Part shown: piece after piece, positions 51,642-64,000 of the stretch
Layout: each line of letters starts with the position of its first letter
Numbering within the stretch: the stretch's first letter is position 1
From: Laetmonice hystrix
Taxonomy: Eukaryota
NCBI GenBank assembly: GCA_965235115.1
Contig: OZ249436.1
Location: 34,908,001-34,972,000, forward strand
Direction of reading: 5' to 3'
DNA length: 64,000 nt
Notes under the pieces: model-generated
Database searches by the model: none
What the model saw: only the letters and a program-made list of their open reading frames with translations
Told to the model about the DNA's origin: nothing
Made by a program: the position numbers and the translations under genes

Positions 51642-53476
51642 TAACTCCTACATTACATTCCGTAAGAGTTATTCTCAGGTAAGAATACATTTACAGGAGT
51701 TCCCAACGCGCGTTCACTTACTATGTTTCGCCACAGTGCCAGTGGCATCTCAAAAGCCTCACCTCACCACTAATCTTAGACATCTTGTCAAGAACGCCTC
51801 GCGCGCATCATCATAATTTTACTGTGAAGAAAAGGAATTGTTTGTATAGTACAGCAGTTTGTACTTCTGGGCCACCGTACTCGCTCTTATTTCCTAGACA
51901 CCTATTGAGTGAGAGTTTGCTGGCCCAACGTCTCCGTCAGGGCGGGCGGGCGGGTCCTGATTAAAAGATTTTATGAGCCAGCTACATGAAAAAAAGGCGG
52001 GGCTATAACATTTTTTTAAACCGTTAAATTTTATTACTAAAATTCATAAATTAACAAGACGTTGCGGCAATAGATAAAAACACTGTAAATTTGACTTCAC
52101 TGGAGCAGTTTGGCCTGCCGTGAACAGACTTAGGTCATATGTGCTCCAGTCGGAAGGGGAAATGTTCAATACATGTGTACAATGTAACATTGTCATTTTT
52201 TATCTGGTGCGTGCGTCAGTAGAATATCCCTTTACAGTCGTGTAGATTCATTTTAACGTTGCTATTTGTGTATGCGTTTATAGTGATCTATATACTTAGA
52301 TATTAACAAAGTGCACATCACTTACTGACTTACTGAGATCACAATGATGACCTTCGAAAGGTCCTGTCTCGCGGTCTATACCCCCGCCAGGCCAGTGCTT
52401 TCCACCTGGACACGACAATGGAATACATTATTTTCAAGGCCGTCACTTTTTTTCTATCGAATCAGTGATGGGCGTTTCAGCCACCAAACGGACACACAGA
52501 AAATTACAAGCAGAAAGCACCGACTGACGGGAAGGTTTGGCCGGAACACCGGTGGCTTCAGGGCAGGTGACGCTGTCTCAGATCTCCGCAGTCTCACATC
52601 TCCGGGAGAATAGCAACATAACCGGTAGTATTTGTAAAAGTTTTGGGCGAAGTATTTGATATAACAGGTCTCCTCTGCGATATTTGGTCAAACACTTGCC
52701 TATCAAGGCTGTCGTTTATTCTTGATTAGAAGAAAACGCCACCACCCCTCAGCTAGCAGACGCCTGGATGTGTGAGACCAAATAGTGACATACAGCTTCT
52801 AAACAATGCAATCTAAACCATGCTCCCGGAGATCTGAGACCGGCGGAGATGGGAGTACGCGACACCGGTGACCAATGTTTCAGGTATACAAGTATCAGGA
52901 CGGACCGCCTTGAGCAGGTGACAAGGTGGGGGTCAGTGTCTCACCGGGGTATACAACGTGACAGACATCAACCGAGGAATTGGGTTGGGGGGCGGTAGGT
53001 CTGAATTCTGGGCGTCAATCGGTCCAACCCCCAATCACACATCGCTCTGCAGCATTGTCTATAGTGAACCAGGCGAGGATAGTTTAATACAGGGAATGTT
53101 CAATGTCGCAACCCTAAAACTAAATCATTAAATAGTTCAAGAAGAACATGATTAATGTCTGACGAAAGTCTACTACCTTTCCGGTCCAGTGTGAAACTCG
53201 GAAAATAAAAGGCCACTCCACGTACAGTAAAAACTTCACTCTATCGGCTCATGCTAAGTTTTAGGTGATTAAGCGGAAATTGAAGTTGATGTTAGACTAT
53301 AAACACTGACAGCAAGGTTATATAATTGATTCACAAATCTACGCCCCTTCATGAGTAATCACAACAGGCAGATACAAACATGTGCATGTTGGTGGCGGAA
53401 ACACCGGCTTCGAGAGAGTAATAACTATCTAACTCTCATAGTCTTGATATGATTCTTTTGGGCAGAAGATCTATAA

Positions 53477-55565
53477 CTAGCGCCGATGTGGCCAAGGCCA
53501 ACATCTTATATCCCATCCCCCATAAATGAACAATGAGAGGCCCATTATGATGTTAGATGTGTCTTTACATTATCGATATTGGAGTTAATCGAAAATCACT
53601 GTCACCTAATATAAGGCTTGAATAGTAACCATAGATCTCTCTGGCCACGTTTCAGAGTTATAGCTGTTGAAATAATATTGGTGATCTATCAATGACGTCA
53701 TTATGACGTAATACGTCTACCTACGTCATCAGTATTACTGTCAATCGAAGGAGCATCTATGACTTTCTATATGACCTAAATAGTAACCATAGCTCTATCT
53801 CACTTAGTTTCAGAGTTACAGCAATGTGTATCTGCAATAGTCAATTTTAACAACTTCAAGGTCACGTAGTTCTGCTAAAATAGGTCAAATTGCTTATTAG
53901 TGAAGTTTTCCAGTAAAGCTGCCCACAGGAAGCCTGTCATCTAAAAATTGTCTGATTTTCTCCAAAAATGGTGGAGCAGTAGCGATTTCACCACTTTGGA
54001 GCATGTGACCTACTTTTACATGACGTCAGAGGATATAGGTCAAAATAATGGACATAAGTAAGCAGGGTCTATGCAAGATTATTATTCTCTGAAAAGTTTT
54101 AGGAAACTATGGAATATGGTTTGAAGAAATGCCTCTAAGTTTAAAATACAAATTACGTCATGACGTCATGAGGTGACGTCATATGACGTAATGATTATAT
54201 GGGTCGGTTTTCTCTACCCTGGTGAATGTCCCTGCCAAGATTCATTTGGATATCTCTATAAATGACTGAGATAGCGTATCTATGACGTCATTATGACGTA
54301 ATACGTCAGCCTACGTCATCGGTATATGTGTCAATTGAAAGAGCATCTATGACTTCCTATATGACCTCAATAGTAACCATGGCTCTATCTGGCTTTATTT
54401 TAGAGTTAGAGCAATGTGCATCTGCAATAGTGAATTTTCACAAATTCAAGGTCACGTGTTTCTGCCAAAACAGGTCAAATCGCTTATTGGTGAAGTTTTC
54501 CAGTAAAGCCGCCTACAGAGATCCTGTCAACCCAAAATTGTCAGATTTTATTTAAAAATGGCGGAGCAGTAGCGGTTTGACCACTTTCGGATGTGTGACC
54601 TACTTTTCCATGACATCAAAGGTCAAAGGTCAAAATCATAAGGTCTACTAAAAACGGTCTATGCCCGATTATTAGGCTGTGAAAAGTTTTGGGAAACTAT
54701 GGATTATGGCTTCAAGAAATGACTATAAGTCTAAAATGCAAAATACGTCATGACGTCATAACGTAACGTCATATGACGTAATAATTATATAGGTCGATTC
54801 TCTCTACCATGGTGAATGTCCCTGCCAAGTTTCATATGGATATCTCTATAAATGACTGAGATAGTATATCTATGACGTCATTATGACGTAATACGTCACC
54901 CTACGTCATGGGTATATGTGTCAATTGAAAGAGCATCTATGACTTCCTATACGACTTCAATAGTAACCATGGCTCTATCTCGCTTTATTTTAGAGTTACA
55001 GCAATGTGCATCTGCAATTGTGAATTTTAACAACTTCAAGGTCACGTGGCTCTGCCAAATTAGGTCAGATCGCTTATTGGTGAAGTTTTCCAGTAAAGCT
55101 GGCTAGAGAGAGCCTGTCAACCCAAAATTGTCAGATTTTATCTAAAAATGGCGGAGCAGTAGCGGTTTGGCCACTTTCGGACGTGTGACCTACTTTTTCA
55201 TGACATCAAAGGTCAAAGGTCAAAATCATGAGGATTACTAAAAAGGGTCAATGCCCGATTACTAGGCTATGAAAGGTTTTGGGAAACTATGGATTATAGC
55301 TTCAAGAAATGCCTATAAGTCTAAAATGCAAAATACGTCATGACGTCATGACGTGACGTCATATGACGTAATAATTACATGGGTCGATTCTCTCTACCAT
55401 GGTGAATGTCCCTGCCAAGTTTCATTTGGATATCGTTAAAAATGACTGAGATGGACGCACAAATGCAACTACTACAACTACTACTACTACGGGAATAATA
55501 ATACGGAAGACGAAACCATACAACTATAAAATCCCATCCCCCATGGGGGGGATGGGATAATAAAA
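53477..55565 (-). mobile_element. Helentron-associated interspersed element (HINE/DINE-1-like) with about 3 tandem 590-bp units
   Basis: Read on the minus strand: T-rich start, subTIR tatcccatcccc within a palindrome (55531-55559), a (gta)n microsatellite (55467-55490), tandem units (marker at 53691, 54281, 54872), the partner subTIR (53509-53520), a hairpin (53485-53505), then a terminal CTAG followed by TT. Confidence 0.75.
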
Positions 55566-55708
55566 AGTGCAACTGCCTGGCTGGCCCAACCGAGCCGATT
55601 TCTCACAACATTCCCAACACCTATGCTCATTCGGCAAATCAGCACTTCTTGGCACTCTAAGTTTTCCAGCAGCATTTAATGTCAACGCGAATTGAACCGC
55701 GTTTTAAC

Positions 55709-56434
55709 TAGGGCTGAAACAATACACTTGTGCCACGATACGATACGTATCACGATAAATGACAAACGATACGATATGCAATTTTTTCTTCAGGAATACA
55801 ATACACAATGTATGTCAACATTTTCTGCACATACTGCAGCACTGTGCAGTAACACTGTCGAACTCGCCCGGGAGATGGACACTGAGGGCATTCTATACAC
55901 CCCGCCCAATCACTGGGGAACATATTATTGCAGTCCAAGCCGAAAAAACAAAACGTGACCGAAACCTTAAGTTGCTGGAACCTTACGTCTGGTGACGTAA
56001 AACATTTACAGAGTTCAGTGCCGCCTTGGCTGGGGTAAACCCAGGATTATTTAAGCTGCTTGTAAAGAGGGACACAGCCGTCGATGAAAAAGGTAAGCGA
56101 TTTCCTAGTCCTAAATTATTGACCTTTTAACACTTTTTTTTGCAACATATTTGTTTCCGCCCATACTTTAGCGATATTGAAGGTGCACATTCAAAGTACA
56201 GTAACAATACCCCCAGCAGTTGAGAACTTTTGAGAACTCTTTCAGTAGGCAGACGAGTTGTAAGTATGCCCAAATACACTTATTCACCAGGTGTCGCTCC
56301 AGTTGTCCATGCGGTTCTTGCACAGGTGCATGACTTGCGGGCGTATTGTTTTGTATCGATACTTTGAAATTCGTATCGATGTATCGTATCGGACACAAAA
56401 TATCGCGATGCACCGATGTATCGATTCAGCCCGA
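55709..56434. mobile_element. hAT-type MITE with an 8-bp TSD
   Basis: Termini tagggctgaa / ttcagcccga; TSD gttttaac / gtcttaac (1 mismatch); subterminal cgata repeats at both ends. Confidence 0.75.
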
Positions 56435-56782
56435 GTCTTAACACACCCAATTTAGTCTCTCTTATTAAAGCATGGCTTGGCAGGAACAGTGAGGTTGGTT
56501 TACAGGCAAAAACTACCTGTGATATATACTCACTGCCGTGTGCAATGAGCGGTTTATAAATAATGAATATAGCTCATCACATAACGCACAAATACCAGTA
56601 TATCGACAGTATCACAATATCTGAGAGCTCATTTAGTTCGTAAAGAAAATTACCTACCGGGCATTTTGAGGTCAATGATTACTCTCTAATGTACGCATTT
56701 TCCCTGTTCATAAAGGTTGGAGGTACAACGTGTACTTAGTATTCGCAGCCGACGGCCCAGTTGTGTTACATTATGTGCCATA

Positions 56783-57013
56783 GGCGGGATTTTCACCGGA
56801 CGCGAGCGAGCGATTTGTTTTGGTGCGCACGCTCACGTCAAAAGTAGAAATCGTTGAAGTGATTGCCGTAATTTCCACCAGACGCGTGCGCTGCACATCA
56901 TGCCGCGCTCGCGTCTGGTGGAAATTACTGCAATCACTTCAACGATTTCTACTTTTGACGCGAGCGTGCGCACCAAAACAAATCGCACGCTCGCCTCCGG
57001 TGGAAAACCCGCA
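56783..57013. mobile_element. Fold-back (palindromic) MITE
   Basis: Arms of about 110 bp are near-perfect reverse complements around a loop of a few nucleotides centred near 56898. Confidence 0.75.
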
Positions 57014-60000
57014 TAAAGTGGCGTGTACAGCTTGATGATGCGGAATTACCTCAAATATAGCCCTGGCGAGATAAGTACAACAATTGGTTTTTGTTCAATG
57101 TATAAAGATGTACTTAACACAGTCTGTATTCTAAAGTCGTAAGGTCAATATCGGAGCCATTTAAAGCAGTTTTCCTCTACCTCAAGTGTTTCGTCATCAA
57201 TTTCTGTGATAACCCCAGAACTCTTGCCTCAGTGCAAGGGTCAACCTCCATTTAGGCCTACGTCTAGGAACGGACGAGGGACGTTTTTTCTATGACCTGA
57301 ACAGCCTTCTCTGCCATGACTGTATCCAGTATGCGACATACCACACCACTTTTTACAATATATCCAATCTACAAATATACTACAATGAGAACGATATCGA
57401 GGCAGGCCTAATCGATTTGTCGGCCTGATCATGAGCGTGGGAGAGACGTCCTAGGCCCATTCGGAACACCGAGCCCTTTACGATGTAGAGAGACTCGGAT
57501 ACCAATCGGAGGTCGCCATATTGGGTCAGATGGGGTCAGCGCACTAGTCGTAGCGTCCCATGTAAACAACAATGGCCGCCACTCGCTAGTGTCTGGGCTG
57601 TGGTGCTGTCAATAGACGGCTTTCTTCGTTAGTTGGCAAAAAACTGAAACCGGATTTGTCACGGATTGTAGCCTTTCTTGACAATGACATTTAGCCATGA
57701 AAACGTGGACTATTCCTTATTTAGCATGTAGGCCTATTAGTCCATCACATGACCCCTCCAAAAATTGGATTCCGTGGACCCCCCCTTGTTAGCTCACTTT
57801 CTTGGTACCAAACTGCAGGAAAAATCCTCAATTTTTTATTTCCGACAGTTATCTGGTCGGCAATTACCCACAACTGCACTGTTTCCATGGTAACAAAAAC
57901 CAACCTCTGTATTTTAGGTAGTTTAGGGAAAACTGATATTTTGTATTGCCTAGAAGCGAATAATCCACAGAATAGATTGCGTGATAGCTCATATGAAAGC
58001 GCTTACAGAGTACATTCCAGAAAATACAATATTTCTGTTGTCATGGTTATCCGGTTTCCATGGTAACGAGTAAACTCTCTCAATTTGGTGATTTTTGATG
58101 AATTGTTACTTTGTAAGTTGCCACAGGAACCGGAGTGTTATAAATGCTTCATGTCTACACATGCAGTTTGACAGATGCATATGTCTGGAATTTGAATAAC
58201 ATATGAAATGGAAATTGAGGTCGATCGTTTCCATGGTAACAGTGCCAAACTCCAGTTCCACTCGATATTGTAGGAAGGCCGAAGCAGATATTTCAACACA
58301 CCAGAGTCATTTATTTAGGTATCTGTGCACGAGATATCTCATATGAAAGAGCTCAGAGGCCACTTTAAGGAAATGGATAAAAAGAGATGTTGTTGCTATC
58401 TCGTTGCCATGGTAACTAATAAAATGTTTAAATTATGTAGCAAGCCCGCATCAGTTTCAATAGTAACAAAAGTATTAGATATTCCATTATTTTTTATTGT
58501 CATTAATATGTACCTGTGTTTTGTACCTTAATGACATAAGAGATCAAAATTATTTTATTAGGTTTCCATGGTAACAATGAACCATCCTTGCTCACCCCAT
58601 CATTTTGGGGGGTGTTCAACGAATCAAGTTATTTCAACATACTGAATGAAGTTATTAGCGGATCAAGACATGTCATAGCTCAGATGAAAGACCTCGGTGA
58701 TTTCTTTCCAAACACACATGTAAAATTCAATGTTATAGGCCTACGCTTGCCATGGTAACTAATAAACTCTAAAATTGGCAAATATAGGCTAATTGGGGGA
58801 TTTTGTCAGTTCCACCAATTTTCATGTTAAGCAAAAATTTGATTTCGAATTGTTACGAGTGTTGTAAAAATTTATGCAGGTAACTGTCGGTAACTACTAT
58901 CTCTTCCCTGAGACAAGTATAGGCCTAGATGAAAATGTTTTTGTGTTTTCCATAATATTATAAGATAGGCCTAGTCGGCTAGTGCTAGGATGGGGGCAAG
59001 CGAAGTACCGTAGTTAAAAAGTAGTAGTTTCATTATACAACGTGCTCTAGAAGCTTAATAAAATAGGCTAAAAGAAGAAGATTATCGGGAATAAAAGCCA
59101 CTTTGCTGCACAATTATGCCTGCTGGGGCCCCTCCCTCAGTAGGCTGGGCCTCCGCCGCTGTGTTGTCATTGTAGACTGTATTTTGCCACATGGCTGAAA
59201 AGTTTCAGTGTTTATCCTTTCAAGTGTGTACAGTAGTGTGGCGAGTATTCATTGGATTTCCATGACCTGCTACATGGCCCAATATTTGGTAAGGACGTAG
59301 CTGATTGGAAGGCTTCGCGAAAACGTCATGACCGATTTTCATTGTGTCTTGACCCGATTTTATGATTGGCAGTCGGATCGAAGGGCAGTGCTGGAATGGC
59401 TCCCTCAAACAGGTTAGTAGGCCAACGTTGAATATTTATAAGGACGCGTTGTTTGTAAACAGAGAAACCCGGAGTTCGTCCCATTCATTCGAGAGACTTG
59501 TGTTTACATGGGTGATCCTGGAGAGGTTAATAACAGTGTTCATTTAGGCTTAGATCTACTCTTTTTAGATGTGAAAAGAAGTCGTCTGCCACATTCAGAC
59601 GTGTAACGTTAGCCAAGGCATAGCAAGTCTTGCGCTGATCTCGAGACGAGTGTCGAGTTTTGTCGGGTGGGGCCGCTGTCACTGTCAGAAGACCGCCAGT
59701 CATGTGTGCAGGGCAGGATCACTTGCTTTCCAAGGTGGGGGGGGGGGGGGGGGGGGGCTATGAGATGATAATAAAAATAAAAAGGGAAAGAGGAAGTATC
59801 AAAACACAGGTCTCTGATCAAAACTAACTGACTGTGTCTGTCTGTCTGTCTCTCTCTGTCTGAGTCCCTCCCTCTCTCTCTTTCTTCCATGCGGGGGACC
59901 GGGTGGGGGTGGGGGGTGGGGGTGGGGGGAGGGGGGGTTACCACCCGCTGGTACGGCTTTAGTCCTTCATAGCGTGCACCGGGCTGTACAGCACGCAACA

Positions 60001-60395
60001 ATTTTGCCTCACGAGTCCGAATTTGTCCCACTGTTTTGTCCGAATTCGGGGGGGAGGGGGGTGCCCCCTCGGCTCGTACGACTATGACTAAATTCACCGC
60101 CATATATATATCTTAGGACATTCACCACCCATCATCCTAGAAGAGACCCTAACGAGGACATTTACATCCATATCTGCATAAGGCCACATGTAACAGTTAT
60201 GTAATAGTCCTACATGTAGGTGTGTGTGTGTAACTGTAAGGGAAATGGGATAATAATAATAATAATTTAAAAAAAAGAAGATGACCTCACACAAGAACAA
60301 GATCCCATTTCGGGATAATTAGGAAAATTCATGGCCTACTGGCAGCTGATTGATTGCGTTTACAAATGAGTTACATAGGGTTTGTCTGCACTGGG

Positions 60396-60570
60396 CAGGG
60401 CCGTGCCCAGAGATTGGTGCAGGGGGGGTTATTGGTGCGGGGGGGGGGGGGGGGGTTACACTGGACGGATCCAAGTATTAGTTAGGACCTAAAAAGCCTT
60501 AAAAAAGAAATCTTTGGCACTTAGGGGGGTTACAGACACCCAAGGCCCCCCCCCCCCGGGCACGGCCCTG
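60396..60570. mobile_element. Short CAGGG-terminal MITE with a 5-bp TSD, nested in the Academ element
   Basis: 13-bp TIR cagggccgtgccc; flanks ctggg/ctggg. Confidence 0.75.
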
Positions 60571-60906
60571 CTGGGCTCTGATCGGTCAAGCTTTGTCGGT
60601 CTGTAGGCCTATGTATAGGTCAAACTAGTAGCCTACCTTGTTGTGTGTGAGTGGGGGGGGGGGGGGGGCGGGAGGGGGCATAATAATTTGGACATAATAA
60701 TATCCATCAGCGTCGAAATTGCAACTTTTATATAAATTTTGTAAATGGTTAATGTTAACTAATGTTAACAGGCATGACGTCCTAACATGTGTTATTAAAT
60801 ATAATTATTGAAATTCCAATTCAATCATGCTTTCCATATATTGCAGGGCCCTCGGGCAGCTGTTGGTGGTGATCGCTTCTCGATCGTAACTGGATGAACG
60901 AGAATC

Positions 60907-62452
60907 ATGGCTTCGGTAAACTATACTAATGAGTGTGATCGTGATGAAGATGGTTCTTTAGTAAAGCGAGCAAGCCGAAGGACAGTAAACCCTGATAGCA
61001 AGGTTTGTCTGGTATGCCAGACTAGAAAGTACGACAAAGAAAACAAAAGGCTTCTACCCTTGACCCAATGCATGACCTTTGAAGCTGGCAAGAAGCTACT
61101 TCAGGCTGCAGAAACGAGACAGGACTTTCGAATCCTTGGTGAAATTTCAAACAAAGATCCCATTGCAATGGAAATCTGCTACCACCATAGATGCTACGTA
61201 AACTATATCAGGAAAAGGCCTTCAGAGAATTTGCTCCAGACTGAATATGATGACTCATATGAACTTATAGTAGATGAAGTAAGAAAAAATGTTCTTATTG
61301 ACCACAAAACAATGCAAATGAATACTCTCGTAGAGCACTTCAAAAACCATCTTTCAGAACGAGGAAAAGAAGCACCAGCCTACAAATCCCAGAAGTTAAA
61401 GAAACGCCTCCTTAGGACCTTTGGAGACAGGCTGTCCTTCTGGCAACCAAGGCGCAGAAATGAATCTGAGATTTTGTTCCCGTCAGATGTTCCAAAAGGA
61501 CAGCTTGCTGAAGCAGGATGCTACATAACAGAAGATGTCATGCCTGTGAAAAACTTTGAACATGCTGAGAAACCTACTACATGTACTGCAAACTCCAGCC
61601 CCCCAAGTCAGTCTGATCTTTACCATGTGGCAAAGTACATTCGCACGGAACTGAAGAAGATAAAGGGCCAAGTGCCAGACCCACCTTCAGCTGAGACGTT
61701 AACATTCGCTCATGCACAAATACCACAAAATGTGTATAACTTCTTGGTCTGGGTGATGTCTGGTGAAACAGATGAGGATGAAGTTTCAGCTGATTCAGCG
61801 TCAACGAAAGAAGCCCTGTACAGAAGAGTGATGTCAGTTGGTCAAGATCTACTGTATAACGTGTCTAGAGGAAGGGTCAAAACACCTAAGCATGTGTCCC
61901 TTGCTATGACAGTCAAGAACCTGACAGGAAGCTCTCAAGTGGTGTCAATGCTGAACAGATTTGGACACACAGTGTCTTACAATGAATTACTTGACCTCGA
62001 GTCTTCAATTGCATTAAAACATACTCAAAGGGAGACAGGGGGAGTCATTATTCCAAGTAACATCAATCCACATGTTTTCACAAGCTTCTGTTGGGACAAT
62101 ATTGATCTCAACGAACAGACCTTAAGTGGAAGTAACACCACTCACTGCACGAACGGGATCCTTGTTCAACGCCGTGTTCACACATGCGAGCCCGCAACAG
62201 GTCAACAAGAAGGAAGTCAGCTGCAGATGGAGACAACTGCTGAGGTCCCTGGTTTCATGCCATATATTCACAGAGCTAGAAAGGGCCCAGGAATACTGAA
62301 TGTTGACTTCCAAATATGCTCAAGTCTGAAGGAAGCTTTCAGTAAACCAAAAGAGATAGATTTTGCCTGGTTCCTGCTAAGACTACCCGTGAAATCTGGC
62401 AACCTCTTCACTGTCTCTTCGCCTCTTGATGATCAGCAGCAAATGATTCCAG
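60907..62452 (+). CDS. Academ transposase, first coding exon
   Basis: Motifs CLVCQ...DPIAMEICYHHRCY, YKSQKLKKRL, GQDLLYNVSRGRVKTPKHVSLAMTV..LTGS, LNRFGHTVSY and WDNIDLNEQTLSG..TTHCTNGI. Donor CCAG|gtgtgt at 62453, phase 1. Confidence 0.82.
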
Positions 62453-62763
62453 GTGTGTTCTCTTCCTTCTAGTTCCTTGGAGGGCCCCCTACAGTTATTT
62501 TCTCGTGAATATACTGTGCATTGTTACTCTCACCTATGGATGAAGGTTGCTTAATTATCAGTCTATCCAGTAACCCAGCATATTACTGATGGTTTCCTTA
62601 ATTCCAATCCTACAATAAGAAATAATGGAATTATTAAGTACAACTGTAGATAATTGCCATGAATACACACATTATGCTTGTCCAATGGAGGGGCAGCTAT
62701 GTAGAACAAAGAATAAGTTTCATGTCCCACGAATATCTTCGAACAGAACAGACTTTTAACTAA

Positions 62764-63078
62764 GGGGCTGGTTCCTCAGTCGTGAAAGGCCTAAGTACTA
62801 CTATTACTTAGGCAAGAAATCATCCAAAAACGTTACTTAAGTTAACCGTTCCTCATTCGCGCTAAGATGTGCTGAGCCTATCTTAACCATTACTTGCCTA
62901 AGTCAGGTGCGGAGGTTACCAAACAGTCACCGGGTGCAGAGCTGACCGGCACCATGAGCAAAGCGGCCCGCGTGACTCTTTCGACGACTGAGGAACCTAT
63001 TTTGGGGAATGAGCACTGCCCAGCTTACTTGTTACTCAGCCAAGTCGTACTTAGGCGCACGACTGAGGAACCGGCCCC
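62764..63078. mobile_element. MITE inside the Academ transposase intron
   Basis: 21-bp TIR ggggctggttcctcagtcgtg / cacgactgaggaaccggcccc (1 mismatch), extending imperfectly inward. No clean TSD. Confidence 0.7.
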
Positions 63079-63117
63079 TGGTCTATAATCGGATGTTAAT
63101 AAAATCTCTTATTTCAG

Positions 63118-64000
63118 GCTGGAGTCCATTTAATGCTCGGGTACAGCATAACCAAAGTGTGCCAACATCCAATGTGGGATACTGCCAGACTATTGATTCA
63201 AGTCCAACAGAACTAAGCACAGTACATACAATCTTGCAACGGTCACTGGTCATGGGCAATCAGCTCGGACAGGAAGACGTCGTGGTGGTCATGGATCAGG
63301 CCATTTATTGCAAAGCCAAGCAAATCATTTGGTCAGCGCCTGGTGATTACAGAAGGGTTGTTCTCCGTATGGGAGCTTTCCACATTGCATGCAACTTTCT
63401 TGGAATTCTAGGGCAGCGTTTTGGTGAAGCAGGCTTGCGGGATCTGCTAATCGAAAATGGCGTTGTGGCAGCTGGATCCATTGGATGCGTACTGAATGGA
63501 CACCAATACAATAGAGCAGTTAGGGCCAACAAGGCAGTCTATGAAGCACTGCTGAGGATCAAGTGGTCAGACTTCGGATCCTGGTTGGCTGCGAATCCTG
63601 ACATTCCATTTGACCAAGAAGCACTTTGTACCCTTCTGGGGACATTTCAAGATGGCTTCTCATCTGAGGAGATTAAAGATCTGCTTGATTCCCCAAATTT
63701 CAAGCATGCGCTAGCAGCTTACAAGAGGTACACAGCTACTGATCGCGGACCAATGGCTGCCTTCTGGGAATCCTACCTCACTATGTTTCAGCTCTTCCTT
63801 AACTTCATCAGATCTACAAGAGAAGGAAACTGGGCCCTCCACAAAGCATGCCTCCGGAACATGCTTCCTTGGATGTTTGCATATGACCACACTAACTATG
63901 CGAGGTACCTGACTGTCTACCTCTGGGATATGTTGCAACTTCGGGAAGCTCATCCCATAGCTGATGAATATATGAATCAGGGCGAATTTGCTGTGCAGCG
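63118..64000 (+). CDS. Academ transposase, second coding exon (open to the window edge, absent from the ORF track)
   Basis: Acceptor tttcag|GC restores IPGWSPFN. The frame then has no stop and reads SPTELSTVHTIL, VVVMDQAIYCKA, VLRMGAFHI, VLNGHQYNRAVR, REGNWALH, FAYDHTNYARY, GEFAVQ. Confidence 0.85.

Larger units (their letters stand above)
57738..64000 (+). mobile_element. Putatively autonomous Academ DNA transposon (right end outside the window)
   Basis: Begins tagtcc, like the two non-autonomous elements in the window, followed by six periodic gttyccatggtaac-like motifs and then a transposase gene. The left boundary is inferred because the partner TIR is not visible. Confidence 0.7.

Noticed and set aside
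54328..55106. Paired ORFs MSIERASMTSY...
   Set aside because: They come from tandem units of the HINE-like element and have no protein features.
62453..62472. Stop at 62472 as the end of a 521-aa protein
   Set aside because: The ORF runs into an intron; the transposase continues at 63118.

Overview
This window is eukaryotic, intron-containing DNA, most likely from an invertebrate animal (the taxon cannot be fixed from sequence alone), and it is dominated by DNA transposons and satellites. Host genes: a GT31 beta-1,3-galactosyltransferase (7050-8528 +); three genes I cannot assign to a family (5-exon model 6178-4182 -, 3-exon model 12292-15151 +, single-exon membrane protein 16961-15975 -); and a 4-exon single-CRD TNF-receptor-like gene of BCMA/TACI type (47802-45113 -). 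The TNFR-like gene is not assembled in the ORF track; it has a transmembrane helix and TRAF-binding motifs, and its CRD exon and upstream region lie in a near-identical 1.89-kb tandem duplication. Mobile DNA: an apparently intact, spliced Academ transposase running off the right edge; two non-autonomous Academ-like elements; a 10.3-kb non-autonomous EnSpm/CACTA-like element whose empty site is also present in the window; a Helentron-associated (HINE-like) element; Kolobok-like, hAT-like, Harbinger-like and Tc1/mariner-derived elements; and 35-bp and 52-bp satellites. Gene models were assembled by hand from splice sites and reading phase. Family names come from recalled motifs, not database searches.
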